A stretch of DNA of 63,024 nucleotides from IMG/VR virus record IMGVR_UViG_3300045120_000291, positions 1 to 63,024 of that record; one strand, 5' to 3'. Position numbers and translations under genes: made by a program. The DNA comes from a virus (lineage: Duplodnaviria; Caudoviricetes). Within the stretch, counting starts at the first letter, position 1; each line of letters opens with the position of its first letter. Positions 26,175 through 37,200 of this stretch are shown here, one piece after another. Below the pieces are notes generated by a model, which saw nothing but the letters and a program-made list of their open reading frames with translations, did not search any database and had not been told where the DNA came from.

Positions 26175-27700
26175 CGTGCCCGGCCTACAAGATCGACTCC
26201 AATGACACTGGTCTCCGCTATGCGGTGGAAGAGTGCCTCAAGCAGCTCCCCACAACCCCGACGTGGTTTGCTCTTGAACCCAATAGTTACGGCGACTTCG
26301 GTGCCAAGATTGCGACCGTCGCTCGCAACCCCATCAACCCGTCGCGCCAGCGCCAGAAAGGTGTCGTCACGGACCTCGACGCAAGTGCGAACTTCGTCAT
26401 GGATCTGACTCAGACGAATCACTTGCGCCTGATGCAGGGCTTTCTGTTCGCTGCTGCCCGCGAGAAGCCCACGTCAGCGCCGATCAACGGCGATGTCATC
26501 GTAACGACCGCAGTAGCAACGTCCGACGACTCCTACGCAATGGCAGCCGGCACGGCGGACGACTTCCTGGTCGGCCATCTGATCATGGCGAGCGGATACA
26601 CCAATTCTGCCAACAATGGCATGAAGCGCGTCACGACCCCTGCCTCCGGCAAAGTCAAGGTCATCCAAAATCTGGTCGACGAAGGTAGCCCGCCTGCTAC
26701 TGCTTCTATCCAAGCAATCGGCTTCCAGTTCCCGGCCAGCGACGTGCAGATTGTCATGAGCGGTTCGTTGCCGCGTCTGACCTCTGCCTCGATCACCCTG
26801 ACGACCCTCGGCTTGCTGCCGGGTGAATGGGTCTACCTGGGCGGTGACGGTAGTCTCCTGACGTTCGCTACCAACAAAGGCTTCGGCCGTGTCAAGGCAG
26901 TCACGGCGACCTACATCGAATTCGACAAGACGACCTGGACTCCGGGAACCGAAGCAGCTGGCAGCTTGACCGTCCAGATGTTCTTCGGCACTGTGGTCCG
27001 CAACGAAGAAGACCCGTCGCTGATCGTTCGCCAGACCTATCAGCTGGAACGCACCCTCGGTGAAGATGCGGACGGCACCATGTCCCAGTATGTCATCGGT
27101 GCGGTTGCGAACGAACTGTCGTTCGATACCAAGCAGGCCGAAAAGATGACGGTCGATCTGGCCTTCGTCGGTTGCGATGCGGTCTCGTACACGGGCCTGG
27201 AAGGGCTGAAGTCCGGCAACCGCCCCGACCTCGTTACGTCCGACGCATTCAACACGTCAAGTGACGTCAAGCGTATCGCAATCGCGGTCGTGGATCCCAC
27301 GACTTCGGTCCCGACTCCTCTGTTCGCCTACTGCACCGATATCTCGCTGAAGATCAAGAACAGCGTGAGCGGTGCCAAGGCGGTCGGTACCCTCGGCAAC
27401 TTCGACACCATTGCTGGCATGCTCGATGTCAGCGGGTCGTTGAGCGCCTACTTCCAAGACACTCGTTCCATCGCTGCTGTCCGTGACAATGAAGACATCA
27501 CGATGGATATGATTGTCGCCAAGAACAACGCGGGTATCATCTTCGATATCCCGTTGCTGTCCCTCGGTAACGGTTTGCCCAAAGTCGAACAAGACAAGCC
27601 TATCACCATTCCGTTGGACACCATGGCTGCGCAAAGTTCTTACGGCCATACTTTGCTCTACGTGAACTTCCCTTACCTGCCTGACGCTGCTACGGCGTAA
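26171..27700 (+). CDS. Major tail tube protein
   Basis: KIDSN.TGL, W..LEPNSY.DFG and RNPINPSRQR.KG...DLDA motifs; strong codon bias. Confidence 0.88.
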   Translation: MTCPAYKIDSNDTGLRYAVEECLKQLPTTPTWFALEPNSYGDFGAKIATVARNPINPSRQRQKGVVTDLDASANFVMDLTQTNHLRLMQGFLFAAAREKPTSAPINGDVIVTTAVATSDDSYAMAAGTADDFLVGHLIMASGYTNSANNGMKRVTTPASGKVKVIQNLVDEGSPPATASIQAIGFQFPASDVQIVMSGSLPRLTSASITLTTLGLLPGEWVYLGGDGSLLTFATNKGFGRVKAVTATYIEFDKTTWTPGTEAAGSLTVQMFFGTVVRNEEDPSLIVRQTYQLERTLGEDADGTMSQYVIGAVANELSFDTKQAEKMTVDLAFVGCDAVSYTGLEGLKSGNRPDLVTSDAFNTSSDVKRIAIAVVDPTTSVPTPLFAYCTDISLKIKNSVSGAKAVGTLGNFDTIAGMLDVSGSLSAYFQDTRSIAAVRDNEDITMDMIVAKNNAGIIFDIPLLSLGNGLPKVEQDKPITIPLDTMAAQSSYGHTLLYVNFPYLPDAATA

Positions 27701-27716
27701 CCTTCCAAGGAGATTT

Positions 27717-28151
27717 ATGTCTTCCCTTTACAAACAATTCGAGACCGACCAGGAACTCGAGAGTAAAGGTATCGTCATCAACTACGGCAAGAACAGCCGT
27801 GGTGAGAATATCGATATCCGTATCGCTCGAGCTGGCGGTCAGAACACAAGGTTCCAAAAAGTCGCTGAACAGGTGCTGAAGCCCTATCGTCGGCAGATCG
27901 CCAACGAAAGCGTCGACAACGCTGTGTTGGAAGACCTGATGCGCACGGTCTATGCCCGTTCAGTCATCCTTGGCTGGTCCGGCGTGGACGACAAGGAAGG
28001 CGAACCGCTTCCCTTCACCGAAGAGAATGTGGTCAAGCTGCTGCGCGATCTTCCCAACCTGTTCGCCGACATCCGTGAGGCTGCTGAAAAGCAGACACTC
28101 TTCCGCCGATTGGCACTGGAGGATGAAGCAAAAAACTCACAGACGTCCTAA
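27717..28151 (+). CDS. Tail assembly chaperone (G-like)
   Basis: LYKQFETD...E..G, IARAGG.N; slippery A AAA AAC near the 3' end. Confidence 0.85.
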   Translation: MSSLYKQFETDQELESKGIVINYGKNSRGENIDIRIARAGGQNTRFQKVAEQVLKPYRRQIANESVDNAVLEDLMRTVYARSVILGWSGVDDKEGEPLPFTEENVVKLLRDLPNLFADIREAAEKQTLFRRLALEDEAKNSQTS

Positions 28152-28498
28152 TCTATTGGCTCGACATTGGTAAGGACGAGAGGAAGTTAGTCGAGATATC
28201 CCGCAGGCAGAAAATGCCTTTGCCTGAGCGGATTAAGAATGCCCCTGAGCTTCTGCATGGTTTGGAACTGTACTACAACGCTTTTAATTCGTTGACCACA
28301 AGCAGGGTGATGGGGCATGGTTGTATCGGAGGGATTCCTTATGCGGCGATTTCGAATTTCTGTCGCGAAGAAGGAATAGAAGGCGAGTTACGGGACGATT
28401 TGTTTTATCTTGTTGAGCACATGGATGCTGAATACATCAAGTGGCAAACGAATCGAGCGAAATATGAAGCAGAGGTTGCAGCAGCCGCGAGGAAGTAA
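28136..28498 (+). CDS. Tail assembly chaperone -1 frameshift extension (T-like)
   Basis: The -1 frame is open from the slippery site at 28130-28136 through the 28214-28498 ORF. Confidence 0.8.
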   Translation, partial: LTDVLIYWLDIGKDERKLVEISRRQKMPLPERIKNAPELLHGLELYYNAFNSLTTSRVMGHGCIGGIPYAAISNFCREEGIEGELRDDLFYLVEHMDAEYIKWQTNRAKYEAEVAAAARK

Positions 28499-28500
28499 AG

Positions 28501-28932
28501 ATGGATCTCAATGCTTTCTCCCGCAAGATGCAAGTCCGGTCGACCGGCGTTGAAAAGAACGTCGGTCTTCTGAAGGGCAAAGTTGCTCGTGAAATCTTGA
28601 AGGTTGTTGCTGAAGATACGCCTGTTGATGTTGGTATTGCATTGTCCAACTGGCAGGTCGGAATTGGCGGGTCTCGAGGCACTCCCATTCCCGCGCACGT
28701 CCCAGGCATGAAAGGGACGACTCACGATGAAAACGTCCAAGAAACTATTAGAACAGGTGATGCAGTTCTGACGGGTGCTCGTGCGGGCAAAGATATCCAC
28801 ATTGCCAACCCGATTCCCTACATCGCAGACCTGAATGACGGCTATTCTGCTCAAGCCCCTGCGGGCTTCGTTGAGAAGGCTGTTCTGCAGGGCCTCCAGG
28901 TTGTTCGCAACGCTAAGTTGATAACCGAATGA
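28501..28932 (+). CDS. Tail completion protein (HK97 gp10-like)
   Basis: TPVD.G....NWQV, N..PYI..LN.G.S.QAPAGFV. Confidence 0.8.
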   Translation: MDLNAFSRKMQVRSTGVEKNVGLLKGKVAREILKVVAEDTPVDVGIALSNWQVGIGGSRGTPIPAHVPGMKGTTHDENVQETIRTGDAVLTGARAGKDIHIANPIPYIADLNDGYSAQAPAGFVEKAVLQGLQVVRNAKLITE

Positions 28933-31823
28933 CTGACATCATTGACATCGTAGTCCGAGACAGTGGAACTCCGGTTGTTGTTCGCAACCTTGAGAATGTC
29001 GGTACTGCGGCTTCCAAATCTTCTAAAGAAGTTGACTTGCTTCGTTCTGCGATGGGAGCGCTTGCTGGCGCACTCGCAGTTGGCAAGTTGATGGAATGGG
29101 CCGACACCTGGAACAGTGCGATGGGTTCCGTTCGTGTGAATACGCGCAGCCTCGATGAAGCGCGTATCGTCATGGACAAGATTTTCGATGCTGCGCAGAA
29201 GACGCGCACTCCGTTGACGTTGATGGCCAACCTTTACAATCGAACTGCAATCGCCGCGACTGCACTTGGCGCATCTCAGGCTGACATCATTAAGTTCTCG
29301 ACTGGTGTTGGTGAAGCGCTAGCGATTCAGCATACCAGCGCCCAGCAGGCCACGGGTACACTGCTAGAGCTTGGCGAAGCAGTGGGGCAGCAGACCGTCC
29401 GGGCTCAGCAGTATAACGCCTTGCTGAAGAACGGCGTTGTTATCTTGCAGACCGTGGCTGCAAATATGGAAGGTGGCGCTATCTCTGTCGCTAAATTGAC
29501 AGATGAAGTGCATCATGGCCACGTGACCAGTAAAGAGTTCTTTGAAGCTTTCTTGCGAGGTGCGGACAGCCTTGAAGGTAAGTTCCAAAAGACCTCTTTC
29601 CTGTTCAGTCAGGCTTTCACGGTTCTGAATAATGCCGTTGCTGAATTCATCGGTAAGTTGAACGAGAGCCTGGGTGCCAGTGACGGATTTGTCAGTTTCG
29701 TGAAATGGGTGGCAGCGAACCTGCCAATCATTGGCCCGATCATCTTAGGCATTGGCGTTGCGATTGCTACCGCCTTCTCAGTCCAGAAGATTTTCCAATT
29801 TGCCGCAGCCCTTCAGGCGCTGTGGGGATTGATGCTGGCCAATCCGTTCACCGCAGTGTTGGCAATTCTGGCTGGCGTCATCAGCGCCTTGTATCTGATG
29901 AAAGACGTTGTGATCTCTGGTCTGGATGATACCACGACCTACGGCGATCTGATGCTTTCCATCTGGCAGGGTCTCAAAGAAGCAATCATTTCCACTTGGG
30001 AAGTTATTCCTCAAGTCTTTCACGCCTTAGTTGACGGCGCTAAGTCCGCCTTCAGCTCAGTTGCTGAAGTGACTGCTAGCGCTGCCGATACCATGGAAAG
30101 CGACTGGAGTGATTTCTTTACCACAACTCATTCAGGCTTCCTGGGAATGCTTGAGGGTGCTGCAAAAGTGATCGATGCTATTATCGGACTTTTGGGCGGT
30201 ATGGTTCTCTTCGGCATCCGCGGAGTTCAACAGTTCGTGGATATGACTGTCTTGCTTCTGAAGGTAGCAGCTAACGCCTATATCGGATTTGTGCAAGACA
30301 GCATCAATGCAGTGATTGGAGCTAGCAACGCCCTTCGTGAGAAGGTAGGACTTGACAAATTCAATCTTGTCACTCTTCCGAAAGCTCAGATTGACAAAGG
30401 TGCTGCTCAATTCAAGGATGTTGGTACGCTGTGGGCGGAGTCTATGGACGATGCCTTCTCTGCGACCGACGCCATGGGGTTGCAGGCCTGGCTGGCTGGT
30501 CGGGTACAGGTCGCTCAGGACATTGCAAAGAATCGCCCGAAGCTTGGCGGTGAAGACCTCAGCATTCCAGTTGGCATTGCCGACAATCCGAGTGACTCGA
30601 AAGGCGCTGCCAAAGCGGCACGTGAACTCGCAAAGCTGAAAGAAGCACTATCTCGGGTGATCGCTGAGATCAACCCGATGGAAGCTGCAATGAAGCGTCT
30701 TACCGACGCACAAGATGTCCTGGATAAGGCTGTCGCACACCATCTGATCACGCAGGGTGAAGCAAATACCATCATGGACCGCCTGCGTCAGAAGTACGCA
30801 GAGATCCTTGATCCTCTGAAGACCATGACTGACGAGATTGAGCGCCAGCAAGGTTGGATGAAACTCTCGAACGACCAAGCGCGTATCGAACAAGACCTCT
30901 ACACTCGGTCTGAGGAATTGAAGCGTAAAGGCATCTTCCTCACCCAGGCGGAAACGGACGCTCTGCGCGCTAAACTTGTGGTCAGCCAAGAGCTCGATCG
31001 CATTGCGCAGGCGCGCGACACCATGGAGAAGAGTAGCAGCGCAGGCAAGGACAAAGACTTTAAGGCACAGCTCGAAGCGTTGAAGGAATTATTGTCTGGT
31101 CCGAACTTTAAGGCAGGCGATGTTTCTGGCGCTCTCTCTGCCATGCTACCTTGGGCGGATCTGAGTAAGACCAAGGAACAGATGAATTCCTATGTTCAGG
31201 CATACGCAGATATGCTTGCGCAAATCAAGGCGCTTGAGGACGCTGGCGTTGTTTCGCATCAGACTTCTGAAATGCTCAAGCGGCAGATCGACGTTCAATA
31301 CATGGAACAGCGCCTGAGTGCTCAACGTAGCTTCTTCAGCACGTTGGCAGGCTTGTCTTCGAGCTCGAATAAGAAGTTGGCGGCCATTGGTAAAGCCGCA
31401 GCTATCACGACCGCGATCATTGACGGCGTTGTTGCTGTCCAGAAGGCCTACGCGGGTTCCCCGTATCCGTATAACATCGCAGCAGCGGTCGCTCAGGGTA
31501 TCATTTCGGCGGCCAACGTCGCTGCAATTATGAGCCAGAATACGGGCGGATTTCGTACAGGTGGTGACTTCATTGTTGGCGGTCGTGGTGGCGATGACTC
31601 GCAGATGGTAGCCTTCCGCGCTACGCCCGGGGAGCGGGTAACGGTAAACACGCCAACGCAAGCGCGGGCTCTGGAGCAAGGTTCGAGTCAGGGGCCACAG
31701 GTAGTTAATATCAAGAACGTCAACGTGCTCGATAAAGCTATCGTTGGCGACTTCATGGAAAGCCCTGAAGGTGAAATTCTTGTCCTCAACGTCCTCGCTA
31801 AGAATGGAATTACAGGCCGCTAA
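28929..31823 (+). CDS. Tape measure protein
   Basis: 964-aa helical Ala-rich protein with a tape-measure N-domain; GF.TGG...GG.GG.DS and TPGERV C-terminus. Confidence 0.92.
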   Translation: MTDIIDIVVRDSGTPVVVRNLENVGTAASKSSKEVDLLRSAMGALAGALAVGKLMEWADTWNSAMGSVRVNTRSLDEARIVMDKIFDAAQKTRTPLTLMANLYNRTAIAATALGASQADIIKFSTGVGEALAIQHTSAQQATGTLLELGEAVGQQTVRAQQYNALLKNGVVILQTVAANMEGGAISVAKLTDEVHHGHVTSKEFFEAFLRGADSLEGKFQKTSFLFSQAFTVLNNAVAEFIGKLNESLGASDGFVSFVKWVAANLPIIGPIILGIGVAIATAFSVQKIFQFAAALQALWGLMLANPFTAVLAILAGVISALYLMKDVVISGLDDTTTYGDLMLSIWQGLKEAIISTWEVIPQVFHALVDGAKSAFSSVAEVTASAADTMESDWSDFFTTTHSGFLGMLEGAAKVIDAIIGLLGGMVLFGIRGVQQFVDMTVLLLKVAANAYIGFVQDSINAVIGASNALREKVGLDKFNLVTLPKAQIDKGAAQFKDVGTLWAESMDDAFSATDAMGLQAWLAGRVQVAQDIAKNRPKLGGEDLSIPVGIADNPSDSKGAAKAARELAKLKEALSRVIAEINPMEAAMKRLTDAQDVLDKAVAHHLITQGEANTIMDRLRQKYAEILDPLKTMTDEIERQQGWMKLSNDQARIEQDLYTRSEELKRKGIFLTQAETDALRAKLVVSQELDRIAQARDTMEKSSSAGKDKDFKAQLEALKELLSGPNFKAGDVSGALSAMLPWADLSKTKEQMNSYVQAYADMLAQIKALEDAGVVSHQTSEMLKRQIDVQYMEQRLSAQRSFFSTLAGLSSSSNKKLAAIGKAAAITTAIIDGVVAVQKAYAGSPYPYNIAAAVAQGIISAANVAAIMSQNTGGFRTGGDFIVGGRGGDDSQMVAFRATPGERVTVNTPTQARALEQGSSQGPQVVNIKNVNVLDKAIVGDFMESPEGEILVLNVLAKNGITGR

Positions 31824-32983
31824 TGCCCGCCGTCAATACAGATGCCTATGGCCAGCTTGCAATCCTGCCATATCAGGCAATCAGTTCTTTTGACGAAACG
31901 CTTCAATGGTTCACGGACGTTATTCCCTCCTACAGTGGCAAAGAAGAACGTCTTTGTCTTCGTGCGCAACCTCGACAGGGTTTCAACTCTGAAATAATTG
32001 TTCAGAACAATCTTGTGCAAGATGCTTTTAATACGATCTATGCAGCAGTCGGATTGAAATGGGCAATCCCTGTCTGGAGCGAAGCACAATATGTCGGCAA
32101 TCTATCTGCAGGCGCACAGTTCTGCGCGATTGTCGACGCTTATTATGACCTAAGAACTAACGGACTGGCTCTACTGACCGGAGACTGTGGTGCGTTCCAG
32201 GTTATTAGTGTCATCAACATTTCAGGGGGATATATTTACTTCGACTCTCTGCCTTCAGACATTCGAAATGCTTATTTGCAACCTTTAAGAGTTGGACGTG
32301 TTATTCCGCCTATCGGCAGGAAATCGTCAGGTTTCAATTCCCTGATCACTATCCAGTACGCAGTTGATGACAATTTCGACTTCGATCCTGATGCGCCTAC
32401 TCAATTCCTAGGTGATGATATTTACTTCGACGCCCCTGTGTCCGATGGGGATAGAGATTCTCAGAATATCACAACGAACCTTGAGACTTTCGATTTCGAT
32501 GTAGGCGACGTTCGCGCTACCAGCGCCTGGCTGTTCAATCGCCTGGTTCAGAACTACAATGTCGTCACCAGAACGCCAGCCGAAGCCTGGGCCCTCCGCA
32601 TGTGGTTACATCGCCGCAAAGGTAAATATCAGGCATTCTGGCAACCGTCTTTCGAACACGATGTCCGGCTGGTGACTACTGGCACGTTGACAGACTCCAT
32701 TGTCGTTCGAAAAGACTCTCGGACTAACTGGGAGATGGTTAGACCACATATTGCAGTCGAGGCAACTGATGGGGCTTGGTATCCTCGAGTGATTACTAAT
32801 GTCGCGCCATCTGGAGATAACCTTCAATTTACACTCGACAGTGCCTTAGGTATTGACGCAACTGAAATTCGTCGTATTAGTTATTTGGGATTGAAACGTC
32901 TTAATGCTGACTCCGTCACTCTACGTTGGGGTGGAAATGGTTCCTGCAGAATGAGTGTTCAGACTATTGAGTTGACCGCATGA
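31823..32983 (+). CDS. Distal tail / minor tail protein
   Basis: ETLQW.TDV..S..G.EER..LR..PR; WL..RKG....FW.PS. Confidence 0.8.
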   Translation: MPAVNTDAYGQLAILPYQAISSFDETLQWFTDVIPSYSGKEERLCLRAQPRQGFNSEIIVQNNLVQDAFNTIYAAVGLKWAIPVWSEAQYVGNLSAGAQFCAIVDAYYDLRTNGLALLTGDCGAFQVISVINISGGYIYFDSLPSDIRNAYLQPLRVGRVIPPIGRKSSGFNSLITIQYAVDDNFDFDPDAPTQFLGDDIYFDAPVSDGDRDSQNITTNLETFDFDVGDVRATSAWLFNRLVQNYNVVTRTPAEAWALRMWLHRRKGKYQAFWQPSFEHDVRLVTTGTLTDSIVVRKDSRTNWEMVRPHIAVEATDGAWYPRVITNVAPSGDNLQFTLDSALGIDATEIRRISYLGLKRLNADSVTLRWGGNGSCRMSVQTIELTA

Positions 32984-33789
32984 AGTTAGTTGAGCTCTAT
33001 CGTTTTGTTGAAGGATCTGAGGTCTTTACACAAACCTCGGCAGCTTATAACATTGATTATAATTCAGAGACGTATGAGAAACAACCTCTGTCACGTTCGG
33101 AAGCTGAATCAAAAAGCCAGTTAACCCGGGCAAGCATTAGCTTGACCACAGACCTCACGAACCCGGTAGCTGCTCGCTATCTGAAGAGCCCGGTTGATTT
33201 TGTTGTCACCCTCAGTATCTTCCAGCAGGACGATGATGGTACTCGTATCTTCTGGAAAGGTCGACTGACACAGGTCAGCGCCTCCAACAAGAAAGTCGTA
33301 TTGACGTTTGAATCCTTCTTTACCTCGATGCGCAGACCCGGTCTTCGTGCTCGGTATCAAAAGGCTTGCCGTCACCCATTGTATGGTCGAGGCTGCAGAC
33401 TGGACCCTGAAAACTTTAAGATTTCTGCCACTGTCCTTTCTATAACAAGAATGATTGTTGTAGTCAACAGCGTGAGTGGTCTTCCTGATCAAAGACTCAG
33501 AGGAGGTATGATTCGAGGACCAGATACTGTTCTTCGATTCATAAATTCACAAGTCGGGACTGTAGTAACTCTATCCCGTCCGTATGACTCCCTAATTGCG
33601 CATCTCGCAGGAAGCGGGTATGGTAGCAGCTACGGGGGCGGGTTCGGTGCAACCGTAGTTCAGCTCTATTATGGCTGCGCTCATAACCCTGACGACTGCA
33701 ACAACGTATTCAACAATCTGGACAATTACGGCGGGTTCCCTTGGATCCCTCAGATCAATCCTTTCGGTGGCCAGGCAGTAGGCGTATGA
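32980..33789 (+). CDS. Tail hub protein (DUF2163/BR0599-like)
   Basis: C.H.LY...C, GC.H...DC...FNN..NYGGFPWIP..NPF. Confidence 0.85.
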   Translation: MKLVELYRFVEGSEVFTQTSAAYNIDYNSETYEKQPLSRSEAESKSQLTRASISLTTDLTNPVAARYLKSPVDFVVTLSIFQQDDDGTRIFWKGRLTQVSASNKKVVLTFESFFTSMRRPGLRARYQKACRHPLYGRGCRLDPENFKISATVLSITRMIVVVNSVSGLPDQRLRGGMIRGPDTVLRFINSQVGTVVTLSRPYDSLIAHLAGSGYGSSYGGGFGATVVQLYYGCAHNPDDCNNVFNNLDNYGGFPWIPQINPFGGQAVGV

Positions 33790-34019
33790 TTTGGTGGTAT
33801 CTCATTATCTTTATCATTGCCCTGCTTGCAGCAGTGTCGATGATACCGAAGCCCCAGACCGCTCCCCCTCCAGGGTTTGGCGATATTAAGGCCCCAACGG
33901 CTGAAGAAGGTCGTGAGATTCCTGTACTCTTTGGCACTCGCGATATGGAGGGTCCAAACGTAGTCTGGGATGGTGATTTTAGAAGTGTTGCTGTTAAGTC
34001 GAAGGGCGGAAAGAAATGA
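33786..34019 (+). CDS. Small tail assembly protein
   Basis: N-terminal hydrophobic helix; PTAEEGR.IPVLFGT, PNVVW.GD. Confidence 0.8.
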   Translation: MIWWYLIIFIIALLAAVSMIPKPQTAPPPGFGDIKAPTAEEGREIPVLFGTRDMEGPNVVWDGDFRSVAVKSKGGKK

Positions 34020-34210
34020 CTGATGTTCTAGTCACCATGAAAGACGTTCGTCTTGCCAAAATGTGCAGCAGAGGCGCTCGCGACTTTTGCGCCAAGTACA
34101 ATCTCGATTACAGCGAATTCTTGAAGCAAGGCTTGCCAGCTTCTCAGTTGGAAGCCACTGGAAATGCAATGGTCCTGAAGGTCGTGGAGATAGCCCGTGG
34201 GCGGCAGTAA
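34016..34210 (+). CDS. Small tail assembly protein
   Basis: C.RGAR.F.......F.K.G motif; synteny. Confidence 0.75.
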   Translation: MTDVLVTMKDVRLAKMCSRGARDFCAKYNLDYSEFLKQGLPASQLEATGNAMVLKVVEIARGRQ

Positions 34211-37200
34211 AAAGCAGACTATTGGATATCGAATCTTTCTCGGCGTCCACGCTGTTCTTACGCACGGACCTATTGACAAGATCACGCGCCTTCAATTTGA
34301 CAAAAAGACTGCCTGGGAGGGCGACTGTGCCAAGGGCTCCATTGTGGTCAGCGCAGAAAATTTGTTTGGAGGCGATAAGAAAGAGGGCGGGGTTTCTGGC
34401 GTCGTAGATTTCCTTCCTGGAGAGCCGACACAGAAACGCAATGCCTATCTTCAAGGCCAATTAGGCGAAGCAATTCCTGCTTATCGAGGGGTAGCTTCCT
34501 TAGTCTATCGGGGGGGGCAAGGTTCCGTTTCCACAAATACTGAAGGGGATGCCTTTACAGACTTCTTCAGTAGAATTCATCAATTGAAGGTAAGTATTAC
34601 GAGTTCTAGTTTTTACTGGGGCATGAATCCTTATCTCAAAAATGTGTCTGCTCGGTTGGTTCGTATTCATACAACTACTGATGGTGCTACTCAGTGGTAT
34701 GATGAAAAAGCTGAAGTCCCTCCCTGCAGTGATACCGAAATCCGCCCCTTCTGGTTGACAGCTGGCGATGGAGCTAGTTCCTATTCTACGGTGATCTATC
34801 GAGCAAAGTCAACTTTTGATGGTTGGGAGCCTGTCACCGGCACAACGAAGACAGGATCGTTCACTGCAATGAAATCAGTGTACGACATGCTATTCTGTGG
34901 CAAAGCAGTCGTGATGCAACATTTCCATGCGATCGGCCGTGACGATGCTCATGATGTAATTACTAATCTCGAACCCAACGCAACTGTACCTTCTCCTCAG
35001 ACCATTCTCTACACCTTAAACGCTGGTCTCAAAAAAGATTTCAACGATTCTCTGGTCGCCTATGGCCCGGGAATGATTACCACAGATGGCGGGTTGACTC
35101 TTCAAGCAATGGCGCAACCTGTTGGGATTTTCAGCCGTAACGAACTTCAGGCGGTTGTCCGTACAGGTTCTCGCCGCTGGTTAGGAAATGGATTCTCTTC
35201 CGCGGTTGTGGGCGGAACTCATTGGTGCTATACAGACGAAGAAGTCCCGACGACCTGGATTTATGCTGGCAACCTTCCTGGGATTGGAGGTTCGTCTTAC
35301 GCAGGTAGTTATCCTTCAACACTCGATGCAAGTCCAACTGCCGTTGTCGCTGTAGGCGACGGTTCGAATGCCGTCTACCGGACCGGCAATACAGGTCTTG
35401 CTTTCTCCATTGTCCAGAATTTGACTGGCGGTCAGCAACCGAGTATTGTCAAATGGCTTGTGGATGGCCATTGGGTGATAAGCACTTTCGATCAGTTTGA
35501 TGTGACTGGTGTAGGCGATCGAATCTGGTATTCAGACGACGATGGTTATTCTTGGAATGAGTCTACAGGTAGTACTGTCATCGCTGCTGGTTCTCATCTT
35601 AGTATCTCCTTTGCAAAAGGCATCCTCTTTATCGGAGCGGAGAATTATTCAACTCATGTTACCAAGCTGTGGAAAAGTCTTGATTATGGGCGCACCTTTA
35701 CTGAAATCACTCTTCCGGCAAATTTCTTAAGCGCTGTCGGTGAAGCTGGTTTTGAAGCGATGCCCTTGATCACCTATGCGCCTCCGCCTGGCCATTCAGG
35801 TGATATGAATCCGGCGCACATCATCCGTGAATGCTTGGTGAATCCAGATTGGGGCATGGGTTATCAAGAACTTGACATTGATGATGTTAGTTTTGCTGCG
35901 GCAGCAGATACTTTGTATGACGAACAGATGGGCATTTCTATCCTTTGGGATAAGCAAATGACTATCGAGGAATTTGTTGGAGAAATCATTCGTCATATTA
36001 CGGCTGCTTTGTATGTCAGTCGAGATACTGGCCTCTTTACTTTGAAACTAATTCGTGACGATTATGATGTCGACACTATCCCGGTTCTCGATGAAGATGA
36101 TATTGATAAAATTGACGACTACCAGTACAAAGCATTTGGTGAGGGCGTTAATTCTGTCACTGTCAATTTCTGGGATAAATCTGTTAATTCAACTGGTAGC
36201 ATTACAGAACAAGACACTGCTCTTGTTCAGATGCAATTGGCAGTCATTGGTACGACTATTCAATATCCAGGTTTTACGAATGTCTGTATTGCATCTCGTG
36301 TTGCATTAAGGGATGTCAATGTTCTATCAACTCCTCTACGCTCCTGCACAATCTATGCAGATCGTGATGGTAAAGACCTCAACATTGGTGGCGTCGTTGC
36401 TGTCAACTGGTCTGACTATTCACCTGACCCAATTATCTTCCGCATCATGGGTCTCGCCCTTGGCGACGGTAAATCGAACAAGGTTCGCCTGACTGTTATT
36501 CAAGATGTATTCTCTCTGAGCGATGCAGGTACAACTTCTGCTCCGCCTACAATCCCCCCAGCATCTACAGTCCCGGTCCCTGTAATTAATCAGTACATTG
36601 ATGAAGCGCCTTACTACGAACTCGTTCAACGCCAACCTCAGGCGGTAGTCGACGCTACCCTGGAAAGTGCTCCTCAGACCGGATTCTTGTTAGCAACAGC
36701 CGAGCGCCCCAGCGCACCAAGTATTAACGCTGAACTTTGGGCGGATGCTGGTTCAGGTTACAGTGAAAGTGATGGAACTGTTGATTTCTGTCCTTCCGCA
36801 ACGCTGGACCATAGTGTCAGGCATTTGGACACCGTGTTCGTTGTCACGCCTGGAGCAGATTTCGATCAAATTGAAATAGGCATGTACGGTGAGATTGATT
36901 ATGAGTTGATTGGCATAGTCGATAAATCACCTACTACCTTGACTGTCAGACGCGGTATGTTTGATACTAATCCGAATCCTCACAGCGCAGGCACAAAAAT
37001 TCTGATTTTTAGTGACCACAACGCTGTCTCCTCAACTGAATATGTCGAGGGTGAAACGGTATCTGGTAAGATCCTTCCGGTGACGACTAGCGCCACGCTG
37101 GACATTGGAGACGCAACTGCGGTTGACGTCTATATGTATAGTCGAGCATGGAGACCTTATCTGCCTGGTAATTTCCGGGTGAATGGTGTATTCTACGCCT

